Source of the DNA: Williopsis jadinii
Taxonomy: Eukaryota
Assembly (NCBI GenBank): GCA_024346625.1
Contig: AP024666.1
Span: 868,001 to 932,000 of the forward strand
DNA length: 64,000 nucleotides
Reading direction: 5' to 3'
In this document: piece after piece, positions 1-11,752 of the stretch
Position numbering within the stretch: position 1 is the stretch's first letter
Layout: every line of letters starts with the position of its first letter
The notes under the pieces: model-generated
What the model was told of the DNA's origin: nothing
The model's input: the letters and a program-made list of their open reading frames with translations, nothing else
Database searches by the model: none
Made by a program: the position numbers and the translations under genes

Positions 1-328
1 AAAGCAGTGGGAAAAAAAAAAGAGCAAAACATTGCGAATCAAAAAGTGGAACGAAAAAAGGAAAAAGAAACACAAGGCGACCGGCGCAGCGCACAAAAAC
101 GAAGATGAAGGAGGGAAAAAATGGCAACCTAATCAGCGAAAATTAATAAAGTGAAAAAAAACTGAGGATTTTAAACGAAAAGTGTAACGATTAAACGTCA
201 TTTGTGTGGCAAAAAGGAGTTATCTTATTAACACATCACTCTCAATTGATTGTTTGATCTCTCAGAGTACTTCACGCGATAGAATATTCATTACTTTCCA
301 GTCCAATCAACTACACAACCGATAAGCC

Positions 329-1249
329 ATGTCTGCTCCTGCTACTACTGCTCAGGCTCCAAAGGCCATTTTCCCTCCTATTTTAACCTGGAAGGACCCA
401 GTCAAGACCGGTAAGGTCTTCGGTACCATCATTGCCGCCTTGATCGTTCTCAAGTCTGTTAACTTGCTCAACTTGTTTTTCCGTATCGGTGCGTTTACCT
501 TGGTTACCTCTGCCGTTGCCGAGTACGCTGGTAAGTTTGTCACTGGTTCTGGTCTTGTGACCCGCTTCAGACCAGCTTACACAACAGTCGTCTCCACCAA
601 GGGCCAAAAGGCCCTGGAGTGTTTGGCCAACAGATTGCCAGCCTTGGAAGAGTCTGTTCAGAAACTCATCTACTCTGCTGACATTGAGAAGACCTTGAAG
701 GCTGGCGCTCTCTTTTACATCTTGTTCAAGATCACCTCGTGGTTGTCCCTCAACACCTTGATCTTCACTGGTGCAATCCTCGGATTCTCCCTCCCAGCTA
801 TCTACGAAAAGAACCAAGTTCAGATCAACGCTGCTGTTAAGGAGTTCTCTGCCTTGGTTGGTGAGAAGGCCTCTGAATACTCAAAGGTTGCTCAAGAAAA
901 GGCTGCTCCATACATCAAGCAAGCCGATGAGAAACTTGGTCCAGTGTCAAAGTTCATCAAGGAGAAGTACCAAGTCAGAACTGCTGGTAGTACTGTTGGC
1001 TCTACTTCCTCCAAGGCTGCTGCTGTCCCAGTAGAGACCACTCCAGTTGCTTCCACAACCTCTGGTGCTCAAGTTGTTCCAGAAGCTGCTGCTAACGTGA
1101 AGGCTACAAACCCATTTGAGACCACTACAGGTACTACTGAGTTCCCATCTGTTCCAGAGACCAAGCCATTGTTGGAAGAAGTTACCGAAGCTGCTAAAGC
1201 TCAAGGCGTCAACATTGACGAATTGAAGGAGGCCTCCACTAACTTTTAA
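329..1249 (+). CDS. RTN1: Reticulon (ER tubule-shaping protein)
   Basis: 306-aa ORF with reticulon start 'LTWKDPVKTGKVFG', two long hydrophobic hairpins and 'FSLPAIYE'. Codon usage is strongly biased. Adjacent to HEM1 as in S. cerevisiae. Confidence 0.95.
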   Translation: MSAPATTAQAPKAIFPPILTWKDPVKTGKVFGTIIAALIVLKSVNLLNLFFRIGAFTLVTSAVAEYAGKFVTGSGLVTRFRPAYTTVVSTKGQKALECLANRLPALEESVQKLIYSADIEKTLKAGALFYILFKITSWLSLNTLIFTGAILGFSLPAIYEKNQVQINAAVKEFSALVGEKASEYSKVAQEKAAPYIKQADEKLGPVSKFIKEKYQVRTAGSTVGSTSSKAAAVPVETTPVASTTSGAQVVPEAAANVKATNPFETTTGTTEFPSVPETKPLLEEVTEAAKAQGVNIDELKEASTNF

Positions 1250-1517
1250 AGCTACTGTTCTCTTATATAGGCACATATATATGGTGACAAATCTATCTTG
1301 ACGGACGAAAAACAATCACGCCGTCACCATCACCTTATGTAGTTCACAAATGACTGTAAAGTTTGGTATTTATAGGGACAATTATTGTCTACAAGACTAT
1401 AAAGAGATGAATTGATCAGATAAAAACAAAAACCGATACAACCAAAGCGTCTTATAAGGAAGGAAGTAATCAATGGCAATCAGTATTGGAAAAAAAAAAG
1501 AATATCAAAGGTCATCC

Positions 1518-3185
1518 TTAAGCTTTAACACCAGAGGACACTTCCAATTGCTCAATGATTGGGTTGAAAACGTTTTTGTTCAAATCCTCTTGAGTGTAAG
1601 ACAATTGTTGTTCAGTCCACAAGTTTGTCTCTGGGACGTAACCTTCAACACCAACGTTACACAATCCACCTCTAGCTTCAAGATCAGAGATTCTTGGAAG
1701 ATCCAAGGTCTTGTAAACGTCCTCAACAGCTTCGATCAAGATATCAGACAACTCCTGGTGATGTCCTGGAGTTGGTGTAATTCTCAAACGTTCAGTTCCA
1801 CGAGGAACAGTTGGGAAGTTGATGGCTTGAACGTAAATTTTGTGCTTATTCATCAACAAGTCAGACGCGGCTTTGGCCTTGGCTGCATCACCAACGACAA
1901 TTGGAACAATGTGAGATGGGTTTGGCATGACTGGAACGCCAATGGCTTCCAATTGATCCTTAACGTAGGTTGTGTGGATTTGTTGCAATTGTCTATCCTT
2001 CAAGTACGATCTTTGGTAACGGATAGCTTCAGCGGCACCAGCCATGACCGCTGGAGGAAGGGAAGTAGTGAAGATGAAACCAGGGGAATAAGAACGTAAC
2101 CAATCAACGATAGCTCTGTTGGCAGCAACATAACCACCGACGGTACCGAAAGATTTACCCAAAGTACCGGTGATGATATCAACACGGTCCAGAGTGGTTT
2201 TGAAGTCTGGGGAACGGATACCAGAAGCTCTGTGCGCTTCAAAATCATAGTGCTCAGCAACACCAGCACCGTGTGGACCGTACAATCCAACAGCGTGGAC
2301 CTCATCCAAGAAAGTGATACAACCGTACTTCTCAGCCAAATCACAGATCTTTGGAATGTCGGATACTGAACCAGACATGGAGTAAACCGACTCGAACGCA
2401 ATCACCTTTGGAGTAGACTTTGGATACTTAGCCAAACGCTCCTCCAAATCTTGCAAATCGTTATGCTTGAATATCTCCTTCTTAGCCTTAGAGTGTTGAA
2501 TACCAACAATCATGGATGCGTGGTTCATTTCATCGGAGAAGATAACAAGGTCCTTCATCTTTTGACCCAAAAGGGACAACACAGCATCGTTGGCAACATA
2601 ACATGATGAAAACACCAAAGCTGCCTCCTTCTTGTGCAAAGCAGCAAGCTCAGACTCCAAGTTGATGGCATGTTTGTTGTGGCCGGCAATGTTACGTGTA
2701 CCACCTGCACCTGCACCGTATTTTTGCAAGGCCTTTGCCATGACATCGATAACCTGCTCGTTCTTGGACATTGCGAGGTAGTCGTTTGAACACCAGACGG
2801 TGACCTTATCCTCTTCAACTGCACGATGGGCCATAGGGAACTGTTTGGCCAATCTGTTGATATTGTTGAAGAATCTGTAAGAGTTGTCATCTCTCTTCTT
2901 AACAACTTCAGACTCGAACAGACCTTGGTAGTCAAAGGAAGCCTCGTTAGAGGCATGCTCTACAGGGTAGAAATCGGTCTCCTCAACCTCCGCAGTGGCA
3001 ACCTGAGCTTTTGCAGGCTTGGACGAGGAAACGTAGGAGCGTTTCGACTCCAGCGCTGGTCCCATCACAGGACATCTAACAGCCTGGGCCGAGAGAGATG
3101 AGCCATCCATGGCACGGATGGCCTGAGCAGAGCTATGCTTAAAATAAGGACAGAGCTTATGGGACTGACGCGCAAGTGCTTCCAT
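1518..3185 (-). CDS. HEM1: 5-aminolevulinate synthase, mitochondrial
   Basis: 555 aa with 'WCSNDYL', '[10 protein letters not shown]', '[10 protein letters not shown]' and PLP lysine 'GTLGKSFG'. N-terminal CP heme-regulatory motifs. Confidence 0.98.
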   Translation of the reverse strand: MEALARQSHKLCPYFKHSSAQAIRAMDGSSLSAQAVRCPVMGPALESKRSYVSSSKPAKAQVATAEVEETDFYPVEHASNEASFDYQGLFESEVVKKRDDNSYRFFNNINRLAKQFPMAHRAVEEDKVTVWCSNDYLAMSKNEQVIDVMAKALQKYGAGAGGTRNIAGHNKHAINLESELAALHKKEAALVFSSCYVANDAVLSLLGQKMKDLVIFSDEMNHASMIVGIQHSKAKKEIFKHNDLQDLEERLAKYPKSTPKVIAFESVYSMSGSVSDIPKICDLAEKYGCITFLDEVHAVGLYGPHGAGVAEHYDFEAHRASGIRSPDFKTTLDRVDIITGTLGKSFGTVGGYVAANRAIVDWLRSYSPGFIFTTSLPPAVMAGAAEAIRYQRSYLKDRQLQQIHTTYVKDQLEAIGVPVMPNPSHIVPIVVGDAAKAKAASDLLMNKHKIYVQAINFPTVPRGTERLRITPTPGHHQELSDILIEAVEDVYKTLDLPRISDLEARGGLCNVGVEGYVPETNLWTEQQLSYTQEDLNKNVFNPIIEQLEVSSGVKA

Positions 3186-4057
3186 GGTTACTTCAAGGAT
3201 TTTGTACCGAGGGAATGTAGACCGTGTGTGTTTCTTAAACAGAAAATACGACGTATGAAACCGAGGGAAACAATCTCTTGTGGAGAGAAAAGGGAAGAGC
3301 CAACTGGAAAAAAAAAATATAAAAACTGGATTGTTTGTTCTTTATATGTAACTGGACATTTTTCCTTGATCGAGGAAATTTTTCAACAGACATTGTCCGC
3401 CTACGAAAAAAAAAATGACACTGCGAACGGCTGAAACGCTGAAAGGGAAACGAGGAAATTTAAGCTTAGCAGTTTCTATGTGCGATGGACCCGATTTCAT
3501 CCAACGCTTTCAACGGTTCTCTATACGCCATTGTTTACGTTTTAGTCTCTTGGGCGATGGTGAGAGAGATGTAACGAGTGGGAGCACAGAGCAGACGTTC
3601 TCTTACTTGCTTAAACAACTCTACTTGGTTGATACTTGCACAGTGAGTCAGCTCGTTCTACTCACGCTGGTGCACCAAACACCGACGCAAGGAAAAATTT
3701 AGCTGGGCTCACCTGTAAATCTGAGCGTGTGCACGCGGATTAATAATAAGGTCCTGTGATTGGTTGTGGGAGCGAGGTTTATGGACGCGGTTCCAGATCC
3801 CACCTAATACAGAGGCTATATTCTCCGCACCTTGGAGTCATTCGAGCTTTAGAAGCGTACCGACAGTGCTTTAGCGTTTGGTATTGTGCCAATACCAAAG
3901 GCTGGAAGGCACACTGTAGGAACTGTTTTTGTCTGTAGGCGTGTATTGGGAAGCATCTCATCTTAGGCTCAGGCCATTTCGTGGAGAATGAGACTTTTTT
4001 TTATCCATGGGAAGTGCCTCAAGGACTTAATTAGGCCCCTCCCCCTTTGCCAATAGG

Positions 4058-4113
4058 TCTGGGTGTCTGGGTGAGTTGGTGAGTTGGTGAGTTGGTGAGT
4101 TGGTGTCTGGGTG
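4058..4113. repeat. Seven in-register 8-mers: (TCTGGGTG)2-(AGTTGGTG)4-TCTGGGTG
   Basis: Read directly from the sequence in the divergent HEM1/YMD8 intergenic region. A CCAAT box at 4050-4054 precedes it. Confidence 0.9.
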
Positions 4114-4534
4114 AGTGAGCTTTTCCAGATGCCATATTCTCTTGACATGGCCTGGTGGTGAACACTGGTGGACAACTGCAAATGAACGCTGGGCCCATTT
4201 GTACGGGTTTACATCTTTCAAGCACACAACAAACCGGCCAAAGTAACGGCATAAGATTCGGTTGATGAGGACAATGCTTTTTGAGATAGGCGCACGTGAC
4301 TGATGGTCGGAATGGCAGCCAGGAGCCTCGTTAAGGACACGTCCCCGCACGTCCAGGCTGCGCTTTCCGCGACTCTCTACAAGGACAGCTGCTTGTGTTG
4401 TTGGCGTGTTTGCGTGTGTGTGTTTTTTTCGAGCTAGTGCTCTAGTCCTCAAGGCCCCAAGCGATGGTGTTTCTTAAACAAGGGGGTGTGGAGTCATTTT
4501 GAGAACAAGGGAGTATATACGATAAGCTTAAACA

Positions 4535-5809
4535 ATGCAAAAGCTTAATAGTGTTCTGAAGCTCAACTCTTCGCAGACTGATATCCATAGAAGAACGTCG
4601 CAATTGCCAGATATTTCTGACGGGACGCTTGATGGCAGCCCATTGCTACCCTCCTCCAACAATGAAGATGTCCTAATGGAAGGCAATGGCGGATCTGAAG
4701 AAGACGATACGAAGCTGTCAAGTAATACAAAAGTTGCATTCATCACAGAGACAACGGTGCAGATTATAATCTGTATCCTCGCGTGGTATATCTTCTCGCT
4801 TTCTATTTCACTATACAACAAATGGATGTTTGATAAGTCACAACTTGACTTCCCATTCCCAATACTCGTCACTGCTTTCCATCAGCTGTTACTGTCGATA
4901 CTTTCATTCGCCGCAGTGACGTTGAAACCGTCGCTCAAACCTACAGCAGCAACTGAAAACCGTCAAGGTGTAACTTTCTACCTTACACATATGCTACCTT
5001 GTTCCCTCGCGGCGGCTGGTGATATAGGTGCAGGAAACGTTAGTTTTAGATACATCACTTTGAGCACTTACACAATGGTTAAATCGTCGTCGATTGCATT
5101 CGTCTTGCTCTTTGGTGTCATTGCGAAACTGGAGAAATTCTCAATCAACCTACTAGGAATAGTGTTACTCATGAGTGTTGGTGTCATGTTGATGGCGGAT
5201 ACAGATAAACCAGATGAAGAATCGGACAATGGTGATCAATCGACTTTTATGCTGGGATTTTTTCTAGTGTTACTAAGTGCATGTATGAGTGGTGTAAGAT
5301 GGGTCTTTACACAGCTTCTACTATTGAAAAACCATGATAGTAAAGTGGCACTCGACGGATCGAAAAAGGTGAAAAATCCGATTTATACAATCTATCAACT
5401 AAGTCCGCCAATGGCTGTTGTGCTGTTTATTGTTGGATCTGGTGTTGAAGGATTGGGCAAGTTCTTGTCAGATGACATTTGGGCCGAAAAGGGAGTATTC
5501 AAGTCGATCTGCCTCTTACTGTTCCCAGGACTTCTTGTCTTCTTCATGACCATTTTCGAATTTGCCATTTTGCAGAGGGCCCAAGTAGTGACTTTAAGCA
5601 TTGCTGGCATTTTCAAAGAGTTACTCACAATCGTGGCTTCAACTTTCATATTCGATGATAGATTGACTTTTATTAACCTCATTGGTCTTTCCATAACACT
5701 TTTGGACATTGTATGGTATAACGTGCACAGATATAACGAGAAGAAGCATGAATTGGAAAGGCAAAAGTCTCTCGAACGGGATGTGGAATTCGAATTGGAA
5801 AACGTTTAA
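4535..5809 (+). CDS. YMD8: Nucleotide-sugar/triose-phosphate transporter family membrane protein (Ymd8/SLC35C2-like)
   Basis: 424 aa, multiple TM segments, 'WYIFSLSISLYNKWMF', 'YTMVKSSSIAFVLLF', 'SIAGIFKELLTI'. Confidence 0.85.
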   Translation: MQKLNSVLKLNSSQTDIHRRTSQLPDISDGTLDGSPLLPSSNNEDVLMEGNGGSEEDDTKLSSNTKVAFITETTVQIIICILAWYIFSLSISLYNKWMFDKSQLDFPFPILVTAFHQLLLSILSFAAVTLKPSLKPTAATENRQGVTFYLTHMLPCSLAAAGDIGAGNVSFRYITLSTYTMVKSSSIAFVLLFGVIAKLEKFSINLLGIVLLMSVGVMLMADTDKPDEESDNGDQSTFMLGFFLVLLSACMSGVRWVFTQLLLLKNHDSKVALDGSKKVKNPIYTIYQLSPPMAVVLFIVGSGVEGLGKFLSDDIWAEKGVFKSICLLLFPGLLVFFMTIFEFAILQRAQVVTLSIAGIFKELLTIVASTFIFDDRLTFINLIGLSITLLDIVWYNVHRYNEKKHELERQKSLERDVEFELENV

Positions 5810-8314
5810 GGCGATGACATAGACGATTATATACAAAACCGATATATACTTTATAAACCTCCAGCTAAGGTGCGATACCCTTCTTTCATTTTTCAAGAGA
5901 ATCTAAGCTGTAGTGATCAACATCACTTGGGGCCTGCAACACGGATGCCCATAATTCAAAGTCAGGATTACGAAATATACCTAGAGTAATGCGGCATACA
6001 AGGCAAATGTCAACGACGTTCACATAGAAGCCTGAATTGTTTTCTCAACTGTTCACCTGGTAATCTAGGGAGAAACAAATAAAGATAAACGCCGAATCAA
6101 ACAGATAGCGCGAGGATATACCATGTACTTCTCCGTGGAGTCTCAAAATGCAGCCTGAAGAGATCAAATAAAAATACTATGGGGATTAATTTGAACGGAT
6201 GATATGAGAAATATGTCAATGTAATTATAATATTAGTATGATTCTATCTGAACAAGTTGAGGTTAGTGAAATTCCAAGCAGTTGGGAAGTTTTTTCATTA
6301 TAGTCTTTGTATATTCCTTCATTGAATTTTCTTGTAACAAATAGACGTGTCTTTTTTTAAAGAATTAATAATTCAACAAAATTCAACCTACAATTTCTTT
6401 CAATTAGTTTGAACTGATCTGTTCATTTACACCAATTTAGTATACTTCTGAAGCTCGAGTAATTCCTAAACTGAATTGACTTAAATTGATACACAATTAG
6501 TAGTTAATAAGTACGCTTATTAAATCAAAGACTATACATGGTGTCCGGATGTCACTGTGTTCAGGTAGCATCTGTAACGATTATCCGCGTGTTTTCTTAA
6601 AGCAACAAGTATGATATACAGCGACCCACGGTATCTTGATATTCTAATTGGATATACCTGACTTCGAAGACTAGTATATTGTATAATGTTAGTGGAAGAT
6701 AGTACACCCCGGCGCGCAGCCCATCAGAAGAGGCGGTCAAAATAACCTCTCAACAAAGGCGTTTGCATCTACAAAAATAAGTACACATTATTTATGCGTT
6801 TTACAATACAGCTATGTACGGTAATGGACATCATTAAGGTCACTCGGCCTTCTATTGGTTAGGTTGATAGCTCTGGATAAAAAATATCACCATTTGCATA
6901 ATGCCATTTAGAAGCTGGTTATACATCCCATTTGACTGTAGAACGCATCCTGTGGATAGGAGGACAACGCACTGTGAAGCTCGAAGGAGATTGAAACTTG
7001 AAATTATTCACCAGTTAAATGCGGACTGTATACGCATGGACGCCCATAATTATCAGTGACTTTATTCAGCTCAATTCTTCAATTACCAAGATTGGCACGG
7101 ACAGAATCCATGAGTCGAGTAAAGTGTATATCTTGACAAACTTTAAAAGCTGAGCACTACACACCTGAGCTATCTAGAAGTTTTCTTGATTGAAATATTA
7201 TAGATGGATTCTTCTCATGCTGAAAGGCCGTTACAGTAACTGTTTTTCTCGATAGCCCTAAGTTATAGGGTCGAGCTACACAAGGAAATGTGCTCATGGA
7301 TATCGCATCTCTTCCCAGTTAATCTAAGATATGAGTGGAAGTTTGTACAGTACAGGTGTTGCGCAAACCATAAAACCGTTGGAAATTTATGCAAATTGAC
7401 GCATTTGGCTCAGGTTTCGTGGGACAAACAAAAAGGGCCAGAAACGAACAGACTGTGGACATTCTGAGATAGAGATAAGCGATACACAACTCATGAAGCT
7501 TGGGATTGCTCCTGTTTGAAATGGAATTGGAAATCAGTTCAAATCACCAGTGTCGACTTAACAATGGTCAGTACACATGGTGTGCTATTGTTGTTTGCGC
7601 AAACTATCGGCAAGGCATCATACTTTTGACATCTTTTTTTACCCCTCCAGTAGGGGCTGGTGCCACTTGGGGAAATCATTTGTAGCTGCTTCTGATTTGT
7701 CCCGAAATTGAAATTTCAGGACAAACCTTATGGACAACATAGGGAATCAAGTGGCGATGTATGGATGTTTATCTTTTTTTTTCTTCAAGAAGTCGGGTAC
7801 ATAGCGCCTGAGTGGGTGGATGTCTCTCTAAAAATGGATCAACGGATAAGCCAATTTGTCCACAGTTTTGTGGCCTTGCTATAATTGTCCGTCCAGACAA
7901 AAAAAGAAAAGTGTGCATAGTTTGGGTAATTACAACCGCGGGTGCCCGCGCGCGCACAAAAAATTTTTCCTGAGGGGAGACGGAAAAGAAAAGAAAAACA
8001 CACAAAAACTTTCGACAACGAGACGCCCCCTTAAGAAAGAGTTCAGGAGAATCAAAAAGACAAAAAAAAACTACACCCACCCTAAAACAACCTCACTTAA
8101 AAACAAATACCCTTCAACAATCAAACGAATTACCAACCTTTCTACATCTTTGCTCAAGTGTTAACACGTGTACTATTTGAATGGCATTTGAACATCATCA
8201 CTTTTAACTGTCATATATACTTTTAGAGGCTTAAAGATTTCAGAGAGGTTTGAACAGGGAGCTCTCACACCACGACACTATATACTTGAGGTAACGCAAA
8301 CACACACACCAAGA

Positions 8315-9691
8315 ATGCTCAGTTTGGCAAAGTTGCACCAGGAGGATAACTCCAAGATGAGTGCCTTGATCACAGGGTTTGTCGACTACATCAAGAAGTT
8401 CACTTTGTTAGACCACATTCTTCCAAAGGGCAACAGCAATAGCAAGAACAAGACAGCAGAGGCTTCCAAGGACACAGCGGCTGTTGAAGAGAAAGCGGCG
8501 GCTGAGGAGACCAAAGCTGTAGATGACAAGGTTAGTGTTGATGAAACCAAACCTGGAGCGCTATTCCCATCTAAAATTGTTTTGAAGAATGACGACTTGT
8601 CAAAGTCAAGTGCTGTACCATGCTCAACACATGGCGGGGAAACTCTGATGAAAATTGAAAATGAAGATGGGACGATAAGCTGGAAGATGAACCCTGAGAC
8701 AAGAGATGGGTCGTCTATGATGACTTTCTCGAATATCACCTCACCTTTTATGACAACGTCAGGATTCCAAACATTCTCGCCTATGAGCAATGCACATATC
8801 ATCACAGACTCACCATCACCTTTCACAGGAGCTCTACCAAAGAAGATTGATACTCTGCAATCTCCAGCACATTCTGTGGATTCTGATTTACCAAACCCTG
8901 AGTTCTTTGACATTGCTACACAGCCTAATGGTCTTCGCACTGAATACCATGGAGATGACGAGGAGGATGGCGAACACTCCACCGGTGATTCTAACGGTGA
9001 TTCTTACGGCGAAGCTAGCAGTTGTTCCAAGTCCAAGACCAAGAAGACTTACACTTGTGAGTTCTGCGGTGCCGAATTCAGAATCAGAGGTTACTTGACT
9101 CGTCATGTTAAGAAACATGCCATCACAAAGGCGTACGAATGTCCATTCTATGAAGAACATTCTGAGAACAAATGCCACCCTTCAGGAGGATTTTCGAGAC
9201 GTGATACATATAAGACACACCTTAAAGCTCGCCACTTCAAATACCCACAAGGTACTCGTTCACAGGACCGTGCGAACACAGGAGGTAAATGTGGTATTTG
9301 TAACAAGTACTACGAATCCAACGAGGAGTGGGTTGAGAAACACATTGAGAGTGGTGAGTGTGAAGGTCTTCCAGAGGGCTACACAGCCCGTGCCAAGAAC
9401 TCTAGACGCAAGAACTTTGAATATCCAAACCCAGCACAGATCAGCCCTGTGAGTTCGCATTCAAACGATTCTCCATCAACTTCAGGAGAATCGCCAGCTG
9501 TGATACACCAACAGCTCATAACACAGGAGTCTATTGGCTTGTCAGATGAGATAGCGCGCAGTAAACAGCTGTCCTCAGCCTTGCAATTCCCACAGAGATA
9601 CAACGATTACGACAACAATGATGAGTTCTCTCTGGATGTGGAACAGTCTATGTCCTTCCGTCCAATGATGAGCCAGGAGTACTACTCATGA
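8315..9691 (+). CDS. STP2: C2H2 zinc-finger transcription factor, Stp1/Stp2 family
   Basis: Three zinc fingers including 'CEFCGAEFRIRGYLTRHVKKH' and 'GGFSRRDTYKTHLKARH'. Syntenic with RMT2/SOD2 like STP1/STP2; single orthologue of the pair. Confidence 0.88.
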   Translation: MLSLAKLHQEDNSKMSALITGFVDYIKKFTLLDHILPKGNSNSKNKTAEASKDTAAVEEKAAAEETKAVDDKVSVDETKPGALFPSKIVLKNDDLSKSSAVPCSTHGGETLMKIENEDGTISWKMNPETRDGSSMMTFSNITSPFMTTSGFQTFSPMSNAHIITDSPSPFTGALPKKIDTLQSPAHSVDSDLPNPEFFDIATQPNGLRTEYHGDDEEDGEHSTGDSNGDSYGEASSCSKSKTKKTYTCEFCGAEFRIRGYLTRHVKKHAITKAYECPFYEEHSENKCHPSGGFSRRDTYKTHLKARHFKYPQGTRSQDRANTGGKCGICNKYYESNEEWVEKHIESGECEGLPEGYTARAKNSRRKNFEYPNPAQISPVSSHSNDSPSTSGESPAVIHQQLITQESIGLSDEIARSKQLSSALQFPQRYNDYDNNDEFSLDVEQSMSFRPMMSQEYYS

Positions 9692-9820
9692 TTAGTTGTC
9701 TGTCTTTAATATGTGTTTTTTTGGGGAATTTGAATTCAATAGCTGTTGAATATGTCTTAATTGGGGATGCTGGCCACTCTGATAGTGGGAAAGTTGTTTA
9801 ATGGAGTCAGAGTGTTTTAT

Positions 9821-9868
9821 TTTGTTCTTGTTCTGTTCTTGTTCTGTTCTTGTTTTGTTCTTGTTTTG
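9821..9868. repeat. (TTGTTC)-type low-complexity repeat downstream of the STP gene
   Basis: 'tttgttcttgttctgttcttgttctgttcttgttttgttcttgttttt' read directly. Confidence 0.7.
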
Positions 9869-10051
9869 TATTTGGTTTGTCAATGCATGTTAATAATAGG
9901 TCATGGTATTTTTTAATATATTTCATATTTCTAAAGACGGGCGTCTCTGAACAGTTTCTAACGTAGTTGCAGTATATACTACACGGTGAATGGATCCGAA
10001 TGCGATTTTGCACCAATCAATTATTGTACATAGGAAGTATCGAGCTAGAGC

Positions 10052-10279
10052 TCAGATCAGAAGCGCAATTGCACCAGCAGCAACACCAAACAAGGCCCCG
10101 GTGTTTGCAAAGTTTGCGTTTGCCCAAGCAACAGGGACAGTTGTATCGGTTCCAGTTGGAGCGTTGGACGTGGCATCGGTGGTTGATGCCGTTGAGCTTG
10201 TGATATCTGTAGTGTTAACCTGAGCTCTGGCACCACAGCTTAGGACCAAAAGAGCAGAAGACAGAGCGATGAGTCTCAT
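10052..10279 (-). CDS. Small (75 aa) secreted/GPI-type Ser/Thr-rich protein, architecture resembling Ddr2/Hor7
   Basis: ATG start, signal peptide 'MRLIALSSALLVLSCGARA', Thr/Ser-rich core and hydrophobic C-terminus 'GALFGVAAGAIALLI'. TATAAA on the minus strand about 100 bp upstream. Confidence 0.8.
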   Translation of the reverse strand: MRLIALSSALLVLSCGARAQVNTTDITSSTASTTDATSNAPTGTDTTVPVAWANANFANTGALFGVAAGAIALLI

Positions 10280-11044
10280 AATTAAGCGTAGAATGTATAG
10301 CTCTATATATATTGTACAAAGGAAGGCTTTTGAAGAAGAGTGGAAGGGAACAGCTACAAGAGATATTGAACCGCATTTATACTTCCCAAGGAAGAAGCAG
10401 ATGGACTCTACTTACGCCTGGGACTCGAGAAGGAGTCAGTGGATTGGTATTCCCTTAGTCAGGGAAAAGATCTAATCACCAGTTCCTGAACTGTTAATGT
10501 GCTGTAGTATATAAATAGCAATTCTCAGGAAATGGTCTTTCCCCATTCGACGCCAGTGGCAGGTTTGGCAATAGCGCAGATGAACCATCATTTACGCTAC
10601 AACCAACAGAAAATTCACCATGAGAGGGTCCTCAGCATGAGTGAATGTAGATTTGAAGGCAAAGTCAACACCCCCGAGTAGTGATTTTCTACAGTTCACC
10701 CCTTTCTGCGGCCACAGCTCTGGTGATGCTTCTCTGTTACTTACTCCAGAGCCCACAGATTGCATTGTCTTTTACAGCGCTGCCTTCGCCCGTGAGCTGT
10801 GAGTGTAGTTGATAGGCTGTTCACCATTCAACTCTCTCAAATGATTAATGGCCTCGAGAGGCTTGGGCGGTATTGTAAAGGCGTACTGAGCCGGTATCTC
10901 TCAAGGCCCCTGTGGGCTGAGTGGAAGACCTTCTGTGCCATTATGGGTTCTTTGTGTTTTCACAGACTATGTAAAACAGATGAGGAGCCCACTGATTGAA
11001 CTCGTGGGCGCTTCAGATGACGAGGACCAGGCGGTCCAGGAGAA

Positions 11045-11752
11045 ATGCTACATCGTCTACCGAACGAGTTGTTGGTGCAAGTAACAAGATTCTTATCGGT
11101 GGAGGAATGCGTTGTATTGGCCAGGGTTTGTAAATGGTGGAAGCACATAGTTTACCAAGCAATTTACAGTGAGCTCCACATAGTTACAGCGCTCCTTACA
11201 GATCAACACGAGTGCTATTATGCCCATCCGTTTCAGCTCTGTCCATCCTCCACTGGTAGCATAACAGTGATATCAGGGCTCTATTGTGTTCTGAAGTTTG
11301 TGTCGTGCGTAGAGTCGTTTCGATGTTACATCAAATGTGTTCGATTGCATCACATTGTCTATGACCATTCGATGGCTCAGGAAGCGATGGAGTTGTGGAG
11401 TGAAGACTATCACCGTTTGGTTAACCAAAAGTCACTCTACAGTATCAACACATACAAGGGGATGGAAGGTACCTTGGCAAGGTACCACATACAGTTGAGC
11501 CCAGGATCCCACATCAGAGACATTGGATATAGAGCGTGCAAAAGCAACACCTCTAGATCAACAGATAGGTCACGCTGTGAACGCCACAACAGGATATCAC
11601 ACAAGGGAACACTTCAAGTATTTGCAGACGTAATGTCTTTAAACAACTCTGCGGCTGTTGAGTTGAAGATATATGACGCTTCACACGCTTTAGACTCTAC
11701 ACCAGAGGAGGCATTGGTTAAAACGTTAGATTGCTATCGAAGTATGGGCTAA
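11045..11752 (+). CDS. F-box domain protein of unknown function
   Basis: N-terminal F-box pattern 'LHRLPNELLVQVTRFLSVEECVVLARVCKWWKHIV'. Remainder not recognised. Its 3' end overlaps the RMT2 stop by 4 nt. Confidence 0.7.
   Translation: MLHRLPNELLVQVTRFLSVEECVVLARVCKWWKHIVYQAIYSELHIVTALLTDQHECYYAHPFQLCPSSTGSITVISGLYCVLKFVSCVESFRCYIKCVRLHHIVYDHSMAQEAMELWSEDYHRLVNQKSLYSINTYKGMEGTLARYHIQLSPGSHIRDIGYRACKSNTSRSTDRSRCERHNRISHKGTLQVFADVMSLNNSAAVELKIYDASHALDSTPEEALVKTLDCYRSMG

Noticed and set aside
6198..6251. ATGATA...CTGA resembling a box C/D snoRNA
   Set aside because: Imperfect C box, too short, no rRNA guide recognised, and expected by chance in AT-rich DNA.
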